A stretch of DNA of 64,000 nt from Hyphomicrobiales bacterium (GTDB lineage Bacteria; Pseudomonadota; Alphaproteobacteria; Rhizobiales; JAJFHB01), in NCBI GenBank assembly GCA_021775755.1, contig JAJFHE010000036.1, positions 52,198 through 116,197 on the forward strand, in the 5' to 3' direction. Positions within the stretch are counted from its first letter, which is position 1; each line of letters begins with the position of its first letter. The notes beneath the pieces are model-generated. The model was given only the letters and a program-made list of their open reading frames with translations. It searched no databases and was not told where the DNA came from. This document shows, piece after piece, positions 27,238 through 35,552 of the stretch. Made by a program: the position numbers and the translations under genes.

Positions 27238-28620
27238 ATGAACGACCAGGCGACGATGCCCAACTGGATACACGGAACCCTCATGCACGCGCCGCGGCTG
27301 GAGACGGTTGAAGTTGTGGAAAACGCCCTGATTGAGGTCGGTGGCGATGGAGAAATCAGGTCGGTCATGGCGCCGGCATCGCCGGACTATGATGCTCGGC
27401 TGAGGCAAGCAGCCGCAAGCGGCGCGTTCGTGAACCTCTCCAATGATCAGTATCTCCTGCCGGGTTTCGTTGACCTGCACATCCATGCCCCGCAATGGCC
27501 GCAGATGGGAAAGGCGCTCGATCTGCCGCTCCACGAATGGCTGCTTGAGTACACGTTTCCGCTTGAGGCCAGCTATCGCGACGTGGCGTTTGCGGAGCGC
27601 GCCTACCGCACACTCGTCGAAGCCCTGCTCGCCAATGGAACGACAACGGCGGTCTATTTCGCAACGGTGCATTTGGAGGCGTCTTTGCTGCTGGCGCAGA
27701 TCTGTCTGGAGAAAGGACAACGCGGGCTGGTCGGCAAGGTGGTGATGGACGACCCGGAGCAGTGCCCTGATTATTACCGCGACGCGTCGACGGACGATGC
27801 TCTGCGCGACACGGAACGCTTCGTGGAAGCTGTACGCGCGTTGCCCGGCAATACCGCCGCTACGGTCCGTCCAGTGGTCACGCCGCGGTTTATTCCAAGC
27901 TGCACGGATGCGGCCCTGGAAGGGCTCGGCGCCATAGCCCACGACAATGACTGCCACATCCAGACACATGTGTCGGAGAGCGACTGGGAGCACGGGTTCG
28001 TCATCGAGCGTACCGGACGCACAGATACCGATGCGCTCGACCGCTTCGGCCTTCTCACGCGGCATTCGGTTCTGGCTCACTCGAACTTCATAACCGATAC
28101 CGACATGGGTACGATCGCGCGCGCGGGCGCCGGCATCGCACACTGCCCATTGTCCAACATCTATTTCGCCAATGCGGCCTTTCCCTTGCGCGCCGCACTC
28201 GACAAAGGACTGCATGTCGGACTCGGCACGGATATCTCAGGCGGCGCGAGCCCGTCGGTTCTCGACACTTGCCGGCACGCCATTGCCTCATCGCGCGCTC
28301 TCGAAGACGGAACAGACCCGGCGGCGCCGGCAGATACGCGCGGCAGACCTGGATCGCGGGTCGGCTTCAATACCGCATTCTGGCTAGCAACCGCGGGCGG
28401 CGGCGAGGCTCTCGACCTCAAGGTCGGCAAGTTCGAACCCGGATACCGGTTCGACGCGATCATGATCGAAGCCAACAGGCCGGACAGCAATCTCGTCACA
28501 TGGGCTGACACCGATACGGGCGATGATGTCCTGCAGAAAATCGTCAACAATGCGGTGCGCCAGGATATCCGCAAGGTCTGGGTGGAAGGACGGCTTGTTG
28601 TCGACAAGGACGCAAGCTGA
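27238..28620 (+). CDS. guaD: Guanine deaminase (amidohydrolase family)
   Basis: PGFVDLHIHAPQ, NGTTTA, TPRFIPSCT, QTHVSES, GLGTDISGG. Confidence 0.9.
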   Translation: MNDQATMPNWIHGTLMHAPRLETVEVVENALIEVGGDGEIRSVMAPASPDYDARLRQAAASGAFVNLSNDQYLLPGFVDLHIHAPQWPQMGKALDLPLHEWLLEYTFPLEASYRDVAFAERAYRTLVEALLANGTTTAVYFATVHLEASLLLAQICLEKGQRGLVGKVVMDDPEQCPDYYRDASTDDALRDTERFVEAVRALPGNTAATVRPVVTPRFIPSCTDAALEGLGAIAHDNDCHIQTHVSESDWEHGFVIERTGRTDTDALDRFGLLTRHSVLAHSNFITDTDMGTIARAGAGIAHCPLSNIYFANAAFPLRAALDKGLHVGLGTDISGGASPSVLDTCRHAIASSRALEDGTDPAAPADTRGRPGSRVGFNTAFWLATAGGGEALDLKVGKFEPGYRFDAIMIEANRPDSNLVTWADTDTGDDVLQKIVNNAVRQDIRKVWVEGRLVVDKDAS

Positions 28621-28635
28621 GCGCGGCCGGCCTCC

Positions 28636-28649
28636 TTGACCTCTATCAA
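28636..28649. promoter_or_regulatory. FNR/FixK-type box upstream of hsp20
   Basis: TTGAC-CTCT-ATCAA, one mismatch from consensus, about 94 nt upstream of ATG 28743. Confidence 0.6.
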
Positions 28650-28742
28650 TCCCGGCGGCCCTCGTTCGCGGTCTACTGAGTGAACGACTGGCGTGGATGT
28701 TTCTGAAGCCGCCCGGGGGGCTTCAGCGGCAAGGAACCTTTT

Positions 28743-29234
28743 ATGGCGAAAAAATCATTGGCGCCAATGTTTCTGGACGCACCGGATGCTTGGCCCTTCA
28801 AGTCGCTGCACAATGAGATAGACCGCGTAATCAATGAGTTTTCACGCTCTTTGGTTCCGGGCGAAGCCGGCGAAGGCAAAGGCGTTTCGGGGAGCACGCT
28901 TGCTCCAAACATCGACATTGCCGAAACGGACACGTCGTTGGAAATAACGGCGGAGTTGCCGGGCATAGACGAAACCGACATTGACCTGACGGTCACGGAG
29001 AACGCCATCACGCTGAAGGCGGAGAAAAAGATGGACGCCGAACGCGAAGATAAAGGCTTCCATCTGGTGGAACGCCGTTACGGCATGTTCCAACGTCGCA
29101 TTGCACTGCCGTTCAAGGTGGACCCGGACAAGGTCGAGGCAAACTTTGGCAAGGGCGTCTTGAAAATCATAGTCGAAAAACCACCTGAAACTGAGAACTC
29201 GAGCCGGAAGATCGACATTTCGGCTGACGCTTGA
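28743..29234 (+). CDS. Hsp20/alpha-crystallin small heat-shock protein
   Basis: PNIDIAET...AELPGIDE, ERRYGMFQRRIALP, FGKGVLKI. Confidence 0.95.
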   Translation: MAKKSLAPMFLDAPDAWPFKSLHNEIDRVINEFSRSLVPGEAGEGKGVSGSTLAPNIDIAETDTSLEITAELPGIDETDIDLTVTENAITLKAEKKMDAEREDKGFHLVERRYGMFQRRIALPFKVDPDKVEANFGKGVLKIIVEKPPETENSSRKIDISADA

Positions 29235-29343
29235 AGTGGGCCGTAAAGATGCGTAACAAGTTAAAACCCTGCAGGAACTTCGCTTGACGCAGTCCTCGCA
29301 TTTTTCTACGTGCTGTGCGGCCCAACGCCACAAGGATATGCAT

Positions 29344-29673
29344 ATGACCGTCTTACGGAGCATCGCGCTCGGCTTCTTCCTGGTGTCCGTGCTTGGCGGC
29401 CCGGCCGGCGCCAACGGTACTTCGGAAAACGATCCCGGCCTGGCGTTCGTTGAGAAAAGCTGCGCGCGCTGCCATGCGATCGGCGAGCATGACGCAAGCC
29501 CCTTGAGCATCGCGCCGCCGCTGCGTGATATCGCCAACCGCTATCCGCTCGAGGGTCTGGAAGAGGCGTTCGCGGAAGGCATCGTCGTCGGCCATCCGGC
29601 AATGCCGGAGTTCGAACTTGAGCCCGATGAAATCTCCGACCTGATCGGCTATCTGGAGCGGTTTGTGAAGTAA
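29344..29673 (+). CDS. Small monoheme cytochrome c (periplasmic)
   Basis: Signal peptide, CARCH heme motif, distal Met in GHPAMPEF. Start could be 29338. Confidence 0.9.
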   Translation: MTVLRSIALGFFLVSVLGGPAGANGTSENDPGLAFVEKSCARCHAIGEHDASPLSIAPPLRDIANRYPLEGLEEAFAEGIVVGHPAMPEFELEPDEISDLIGYLERFVK

Positions 29674-29748
29674 ACCGGAAGCGGTATCGACGCCTTTACG
29701 CACCTCCAAGCGGCACCGATACGATGTGATTGGGCATTTGCGTCAGAG

Positions 29749-29762
29749 TTGATCTCCATCAA
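29749..29762. promoter_or_regulatory. Perfect FNR/FixK box upstream of the USP gene
   Basis: TTGAT-CTCC-ATCAA, exact consensus, 60 nt upstream of ATG 29822. Confidence 0.8.
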
Positions 29763-29821
29763 GGATTTGAGGTCGCCTATCTTCCATAGTTTTCGAACAC
29801 GATAACCAGGAGAATGGCGTC

Positions 29822-30664
29822 ATGCCCTACCGGACGATACTGGTTTACTTCAGCGGCGAAGATGATCGCGATGCGCTGATTTCGGCAGCAACTCAAATCG
29901 GCGCGGCCAATTCGGCACATGTGATCGGCGTCTACATTGTGCCGCCGGTACAGATAACACCGGCAGTCGGCATACACATCCCGCCTGAAATTCTCGACCG
30001 GCAGCGCGACTCTCACCGCGATCTCGCCAAGGAGATTGAAGGCAAGTTTACAGACGCCATGAAACGCGAAGGCCTGCTTAACGAATGGCGCACGCTGGAG
30101 GCTAACGGGCCGAGCGTATCGACACTCGGCGCCCAGCACGCGCGTATGTGCGATCTCGTGATCGCCAGCCAACCTGACTACGACGACGGCACGCCCGATC
30201 AGCAGGCCCTTCCCGCCGACCTCCTGCTCGAATGCGGCCGACCCGTTCTCCTCATACCAAGGGCTGGCAAGTTCCCGAAAATCGGTGGACGGATCTTCCT
30301 GTCCTGGAACGGAGAACGCGAAGCGGCGCGTGCGGCGTTTGACGCCCTGCCGTTCCTCGAAGCGGCCGATCACGTGCGCGTCCACTGGGTCAATCCGGAA
30401 GGCGAGTATAAGGGCACGCAAGCGGTTCCCGGATCGGAACTGGCAGCAACGCTCGCCCGCCATGGCGTTAAAACGGAAGCAGGGCATTCGGTTTGCGACG
30501 GCATGTCGGTGGGCGATGAAATTCTGTCCCGCCTCGCCGATTACGGCAGTGATCTTCTTGTGATGGGTGGATACGGGCATTCTCGCTTTCGCGAAATGGT
30601 ATTTGGCGGGGCGACCCGGCACATCCTGAGGCACATGACCGTACCGGTCCTCATGTCCCACTAA
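29822..30664 (+). CDS. Universal stress protein (tandem USP domains)
   Basis: MPYRTILV..., ECGRPVLLIP, DLLVMGGYGHSRFREMVFGGATRHILRHMTVPVLMSH. Confidence 0.95.
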   Translation: MPYRTILVYFSGEDDRDALISAATQIGAANSAHVIGVYIVPPVQITPAVGIHIPPEILDRQRDSHRDLAKEIEGKFTDAMKREGLLNEWRTLEANGPSVSTLGAQHARMCDLVIASQPDYDDGTPDQQALPADLLLECGRPVLLIPRAGKFPKIGGRIFLSWNGEREAARAAFDALPFLEAADHVRVHWVNPEGEYKGTQAVPGSELAATLARHGVKTEAGHSVCDGMSVGDEILSRLADYGSDLLVMGGYGHSRFREMVFGGATRHILRHMTVPVLMSH

Positions 30665-30697
30665 CGCATCACCGCCTGTACGAAGGAGACTCAGATA

Positions 30698-31066
30698 ATG
30701 AAACAGGTGCGCCTTGAGCTGGCCCGTGACAGCGATTTTCCCAATGGCAGTACACTGCACGGCTATGAATTTACCGCACCGCTCAACGCGGAAGGACATA
30801 TCGATCCGGAAGCCTGGCACAAGGACCGGGACCATTGCCGGGTCAAACGGTTCTGGGCCGGCGAGCCGGACGAAATCGGTCATGTGATCCGCAAGCCCGG
30901 CGGATCGTGGGCGTTTCACTACGATATTGACGGCGATGAGGACGACGACGAGTCGGGCTACCGATTCGGCCTTCACTGTTTTGTCCCCGGAGAGTACGTA
31001 TCGATCCGTGAACATGACGGCGAGATGCGGACGTTCCGGGTCGTTCAGGTTCGCGAGATCGCCTAA
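30698..31066 (+). CDS. Conserved hypothetical protein
   Basis: GAAGGAG SD, host-like codon usage, 122 aa with aromatic/acidic motifs (GYEFTAPL, WAFHYD, PGEYVSIRE); no function recognised. Confidence 0.8.
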   Translation: MKQVRLELARDSDFPNGSTLHGYEFTAPLNAEGHIDPEAWHKDRDHCRVKRFWAGEPDEIGHVIRKPGGSWAFHYDIDGDEDDDESGYRFGLHCFVPGEYVSIREHDGEMRTFRVVQVREIA

Positions 31067-31329
31067 ACCGTTTCTCGTTCATATGGAATCGCTTAACCGG
31101 TGTTTCGCGTCTGTTGGCAAGGCACGGATCCCGCCGTGGACCGGCTGTCCACAAGGGGGCCGTAACGCAGTCCAGCGGGCGCGAAACACCGGCCTTCGGT
31201 GGGCCAAAGCGGCCCACCGGCTGCGTTGCGGCGCTTGCCCGATACACCGCATCGCGCTTCGCGCCGCGCCTTACCGGATGAGCCGGTTTGACCCATCAAA
31301 CGTTTCCATATGAACGAGAAACGGTTTAG
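31063..31329. repeat. MITE/BIME-like structured element, copy 2 (26-bp perfect terminal inverted repeats)
   Basis: CTAAACCGTTTCTCGTTCATATGGAA (31063-31088) is the exact reverse complement of 31304-31329; core 31189-31296 aligns ungapped with 17677-17784. Confidence 0.8.
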
Positions 31330-31416
31330 ATCTCCGGCGACGGTCACCTATTCCCATCAGCGCAAATCCATGGCAGGGAACGAGTATGAGTTCTCTGCCA
31401 TGGAGGCGCGCCACAC

Positions 31417-32187
31417 ATGTCCCTTTCCTACTTCGATCTGTCCGGACGCCACGCGCTGGTGACCGGCGCTTCAAGCGGCCTTGGTTGGCACTTTGCCAGT
31501 GTGCTGGCACGCGCGGGCGCCAGGGTTTCGATCGCGGCGCGGCGTCTTGAGCGGCTGGAGAGCCTCGCCGGTGAAATCGCCGACGACGGCGGCGAAGCGG
31601 TGCCCGTGGTCATGGATGTAACGGACCGCGCGTCCATATCGGCTGCACTCGATGAGGTCTGCGCCCGTGACGGCGCACCGGACATTCTGGTCAACAATGC
31701 CGGCGTCGGTGGACGGGCGCGCTTTCTCGACTACACGCCCGAGGACGCCGACCGCACCTTCGGCGCCAATTTCCGCGGCGTCTGGGATGTTGGCCAGATC
31801 ACGGCACAGCGCATGGCGGCCGAAAAGCGGCGCGGGAGCATCATCAACATATCTTCCATCATGGGGTTCGGTCTGCGTGCGGGAGCTGCAACATACTGCG
31901 TGTCGAAAGCGGCCGTGGTGCAGATGACGCGCACCTGGGCAAGCGATCTTGCCGAACACGGCATACGCGTCAATTCCATAGCGCCGGGTTACTTCACCAC
32001 CGAGATGACGGGCGAATTTCTTCAGTCCGATATCGGCCGGAAAATGGTCGAGGGGATACCCCTGAAACGTGTCGGCAAGGTGGAAGATCTCGATGGCACA
32101 CTGCTGCTGCTCGCCTCCGACCGCAGCAGCTTCATGACCGGCACCACGATCGTTGTCGACGGTGGCCACCTGATCGCCGGCGTTTAG
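31417..32187 (+). CDS. SDR family oxidoreductase
   Basis: TGASSGLG, NNAG, YCVSK (YxxxK), VNSIAPG, VDGG. Confidence 0.95.
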   Translation: MSLSYFDLSGRHALVTGASSGLGWHFASVLARAGARVSIAARRLERLESLAGEIADDGGEAVPVVMDVTDRASISAALDEVCARDGAPDILVNNAGVGGRARFLDYTPEDADRTFGANFRGVWDVGQITAQRMAAEKRRGSIINISSIMGFGLRAGAATYCVSKAAVVQMTRTWASDLAEHGIRVNSIAPGYFTTEMTGEFLQSDIGRKMVEGIPLKRVGKVEDLDGTLLLLASDRSSFMTGTTIVVDGGHLIAGV

Positions 32188-32211
32188 ATCCCAACCCCTC
32201 AGGAGTTCCAG

Positions 32212-33393
32212 ATGAACGACGTTGTCCTGCATTTCGACCGCTCAGAATATGACACCCGCATCGCCAAGTCCCGTTCTGAGATGAGCGCGCGCGGCATCGA
32301 TCTCCTGATCGTTTCAGACCCCTCTAACATGCACTGGCTTACGGGCTATGACGGCTGGTCGTTCTATGTGCATCAATGTGTGCTGCTTGCCCTCGATGGG
32401 GAACCCGTCTGGTACGGCCGGCAGATGGACGCCAACGGCGCGCTGCGCACCGCGTTCATGCAACCCGATAACATTCAGGGTTATCCCGATCACTTCGTGC
32501 AGTCGAACGAACGCCACCCGATGGATCACCTGTCGGGCCTGATTGCGGAGCGCGGCTGGGACAAGGGCACCATCGGCGTTGAAATGGACAATTACTATTT
32601 TTCAGCCGCCGCCTATGCGTCCCTCACCACACATCTGCCGCATGCACGCTTCGCCGACGCAACCGCCCTCGTCAACTGGCAGCGCGCCGTCAAGTCGCCG
32701 CGCGAGATCGAGTACATGCGCCGCGCAGCACGCATCGTTGAAGCGATGCACCGGACAATCCTTGAACACGCCAGACCTGGCCTTCCGAAGAACGAGCTTG
32801 TCGGCGAAATTCAGCGAACCGCGGCCTATGGCGCCGACGGCCACTGGGGCGACTATTGCGCCATCGTTCCGATGGTTCCCTCGGGCATGGACGCGACCGC
32901 TCCCCACCTCACATGGGATGACCGGCCCATGCAGAAAGGCGAGGCGACGTTCTTTGAAATCGGCGGTTGCTACAGACGCTATCAATGCCCGCAGAGCCGG
33001 ACGATGTTTCTGGGCGACGTGCCACAGAAATACCTCGACGCCGAAGCGGCCGTTCTCGAAGGGCTGGCGGTCGGCCTTGAACAGGCAAAGCCGGGCAACC
33101 GATGCGCCGATATCGCCAAGGCGTTCTTCGCCGCCATGAAGCGGCACGGATTCCAAAAAGAAGGCCGCACCGGATACGCCATCGGCGTGTCGTATCCTCC
33201 GGACTGGGGTGAGCGCACCATGAGCCTGCGTGAAAATGATGAAACAGTGCTTGAGCCGGGCATGACGTTTCACTTCATGCCCGCCCTCTGGCTTGACGAT
33301 GGCGGGCTGGAAATCACCGAGCCGTTTCTCATCACCGAGACCGGATCGGAACCGCTCTGCACCACGCCGCGCAAACTTTTCGTCAAAGATTAG
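32212..33393 (+). CDS. doeA: Ectoine hydrolase (M24/creatinase-like family)
   Basis: DPSNMHWLTGYDGWSFYVHQCV, WYGRQMDANGALRT, YPPDWGERTMSLR match DoeA/EutD as I recall them. Confidence 0.82.
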   Translation: MNDVVLHFDRSEYDTRIAKSRSEMSARGIDLLIVSDPSNMHWLTGYDGWSFYVHQCVLLALDGEPVWYGRQMDANGALRTAFMQPDNIQGYPDHFVQSNERHPMDHLSGLIAERGWDKGTIGVEMDNYYFSAAAYASLTTHLPHARFADATALVNWQRAVKSPREIEYMRRAARIVEAMHRTILEHARPGLPKNELVGEIQRTAAYGADGHWGDYCAIVPMVPSGMDATAPHLTWDDRPMQKGEATFFEIGGCYRRYQCPQSRTMFLGDVPQKYLDAEAAVLEGLAVGLEQAKPGNRCADIAKAFFAAMKRHGFQKEGRTGYAIGVSYPPDWGERTMSLRENDETVLEPGMTFHFMPALWLDDGGLEITEPFLITETGSEPLCTTPRKLFVKD

Positions 33394-33433
33394 AGAGGCT
33401 TACGGCCTCTGCAGCGGGCTCACATTTTTGTTA

Positions 33434-33453
33434 TTGGACCATTCGGTCCGTAA
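33434..33453. promoter_or_regulatory. TetR-type operator 1
   Basis: TTGGACC-ATTC-GGTCCGTAA upstream of the TetR gene; near-identical copy at 34098. Confidence 0.7.
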
Positions 33454-33498
33454 TTGTTATATATGGATCATCGCAACTGATATACGAGCGCCTGAGCC

Positions 33499-34083
33499 AT
33501 GGCCCGCCCAAGAGAATTCGACCGAACCGACGCCGTTGAAGCCGCCATGAACGTGTTCTGGGAGCATGGCTTCGAAGGGGCATCGCTGAGCCGTCTCACC
33601 GGCGCCATGGGGCTGTCGAAGAGCAGTTTCTACGACACGTTCGAGAGCAAGCGGCAGCTCTATCTGGAAACCATCGACCACTATAACCAGACACTCGCGG
33701 CGAGCCGTGCGGCGAGCATCATCGCTGCCCATGACAATCCGCTAAAGGGTGTGCGCAAGGTGTTTTCAACGGTCATCCAGGATGTCGTTTCCGGCAATCC
33801 CGTCAGGGGCTGTTTCATCAACAACTGCGCCGGCGAAACCGGGCCTGACAACAAGCGTGCCGCCGATCTGCTGGCGGAAGGCCTCACCCATGTCGAACAC
33901 ACGTTTGAGATCGCCCTGCGCAACGCAGTGACCATTGGCAAGCTGGGTACCGGCAAGAACCCGAAAGAACTCGCCCGGTATCTCGCATCAACGCTGCACG
34001 GCGTCATCGTCGTCGGCAAGGCAAAGCGCGATGCCGCAGCACTTGAACAGATCGTGGATATTGCTTTTGAGGCCGTTGGGTAG
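33499..34083 (+). CDS. TetR family regulator (NemR/ComR-like)
   Basis: MARPREFD, FWEHGFEGASLSRLTGAMGLSKSSFYDTFESKRQLY, RGCFINN. Confidence 0.93.
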   Translation: MARPREFDRTDAVEAAMNVFWEHGFEGASLSRLTGAMGLSKSSFYDTFESKRQLYLETIDHYNQTLAASRAASIIAAHDNPLKGVRKVFSTVIQDVVSGNPVRGCFINNCAGETGPDNKRAADLLAEGLTHVEHTFEIALRNAVTIGKLGTGKNPKELARYLASTLHGVIVVGKAKRDAAALEQIVDIAFEAVG

Positions 34084-34097
34084 TTTTTTTGCCCATT

Positions 34098-34117
34098 TTG
34101 GACCGTATGGTCCGTAA
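34098..34117. promoter_or_regulatory. TetR-type operator 2
   Basis: TTGGACC-GTAT-GGTCCGTAA, 20 nt upstream of the GST start; 16 of 20 positions identical to 33434-33453, differing only in the 4-nt spacer. Confidence 0.7.
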
Positions 34118-34136
34118 ATTAACGGAAACCAAACAC

Positions 34137-34823
34137 ATGATCGACCTCTACTTCTGGACCACGCCGAATGGCTACAAACCGCTTATCATGCTGGAGGAAA
34201 CGGGCCTCGACTATCGCATCGTTCCGGTAAACATCTCAGCCGGCGCGCAATTCGAGCCCGAGTTCCTGAAAATCTCACCGAACAACCGCATCCCGGCCAT
34301 TGTCGATTATGAAGTGGCGGGAACCGATGAACCGGTCACGCTTTTTGAAAGCGGTGCCATTCTCACCCACCTTGGCGAGAAGACGGGCCGTTTTCTGCCC
34401 GCCGCGCCGGCGCCGCGCGCGGAGACGCTTCAATGGCTGTTCTGGCAGATAGGCGGTGTCGGCCCGATGTTCGGTCAGTATCTGCACTTTGCAGATTATG
34501 CGCCTGAAAAGATCGCCTATGGCGAGACGCGGTATCGCAAGGAGGCGGAACGCCTGTTCGGTGTGCTCGACAGACAGCTTGAAAACCGTCCGTTCGTCGC
34601 CGGCGATTACTCGATTGCCGATATATCTATTTACCCGTGGGTATGCCGCACGCTTGAGCGCTTCGACGGGTTCGAAAACGTTGCCCGCTGGAGCGCCGAC
34701 ATGGCGCTGCGCCCCGCCGTCATTCGCGCCTATGAACTGGGCGCTGAGATCAACACCACCCCGACCGTTACCGAACAATCCAAGGCCTTGCTTCTGGGGT
34801 TGGTTAAAGCAAGCGCCGCCTGA
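34137..34823 (+). CDS. Glutathione S-transferase, YfcG/Nu-class-like
   Basis: MIDLYFWTTPNGYK, ISPNNRIPAIVD, FESGAIL, YSIADI. Confidence 0.92.
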   Translation: MIDLYFWTTPNGYKPLIMLEETGLDYRIVPVNISAGAQFEPEFLKISPNNRIPAIVDYEVAGTDEPVTLFESGAILTHLGEKTGRFLPAAPAPRAETLQWLFWQIGGVGPMFGQYLHFADYAPEKIAYGETRYRKEAERLFGVLDRQLENRPFVAGDYSIADISIYPWVCRTLERFDGFENVARWSADMALRPAVIRAYELGAEINTTPTVTEQSKALLLGLVKASAA

Positions 34824-34857
34824 ATTGCAGCACCCACCAGACAACAGGAGATCTGGA

Positions 34858-35493
34858 ATGACCACGCTAGAAACTTCCAAACCCACCCTCTTCCGGTTTG
34901 CCCTCTCGGGCAACGCCCACCGCGTTGAACTCTTTCTGTCGCTGCTCGGCGTCGACTACAAGTCTGTCGATGTGGATCTGGCGGGAGGAGAGCAACGCAA
35001 ACCCGGCTTTCTCAAGCTTAATCCCGAAGGCAAAGTGCCGGTGCTGGTGGACGGCGATGCTGTCATCACCGAATCGACCGCGATCCTCATTTATCTCGCC
35101 GAGAAATACGACACCGGCACATGGCTGCCACACGGCCCGAAAGGCCGGGCAGACGTACAGCGTTGGCTTGCGGTCACCTCGCACGACGTCGCGTCCGGTC
35201 CCGCAGCCGCAAGGCTGGTGGGCGTGTTCGGCGCGAACCTCGATCTCCCAGCGGCGCAGGCGGAGGGCCATAAACTGCTCGCCCGTCTCGACCGGCAACT
35301 GACCGGGGTGCCGTTCCTGATCGGCGCGGAACCGACACTCGCGGATGTCGCCGTCTACACCTATGTCGCACACGCTCCCGAAGGCGGCATTTCACTCGAC
35401 GACTATGCCAAGGTACGCGCCTGGATCGTACGTATGGAATCGCTGCCCGGCTTCATCGGCATGCCCAAAACGCCGGTAGAGCTTGCCGCCTGA
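34858..35493 (+). CDS. Glutathione S-transferase
   Basis: LSGNAHRVELFLSLLG, LNPEGKVPVLVDG, ESTAILIYLA, PTLADVA; AGGAG SD before ATG 34858. Confidence 0.92.
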   Translation: MTTLETSKPTLFRFALSGNAHRVELFLSLLGVDYKSVDVDLAGGEQRKPGFLKLNPEGKVPVLVDGDAVITESTAILIYLAEKYDTGTWLPHGPKGRADVQRWLAVTSHDVASGPAAARLVGVFGANLDLPAAQAEGHKLLARLDRQLTGVPFLIGAEPTLADVAVYTYVAHAPEGGISLDDYAKVRAWIVRMESLPGFIGMPKTPVELAA

Positions 35494-35552
35494 GCCCTCA
35501 CCATCAACGCGGAGTGGCGCCAAGCCACTCCGCCGCAAGAAGGACTGAGAAA

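Noticed and set aside
28684-28745. ROSE thermometer in the hsp20 leader (hairpin CTGAAGCC/GGCTTCAG at 28703-28726)
   Set aside because: The hairpin does not cover the SD and the U(U/C)GCU motif is missing; an FNR-type box explains the regulation better.
17554-31329. Repeat elements as a CRISPR array or an autonomous IS
   Set aside because: Only two dispersed copies, no regular spacers, no cas genes and no transposase ORF inside.
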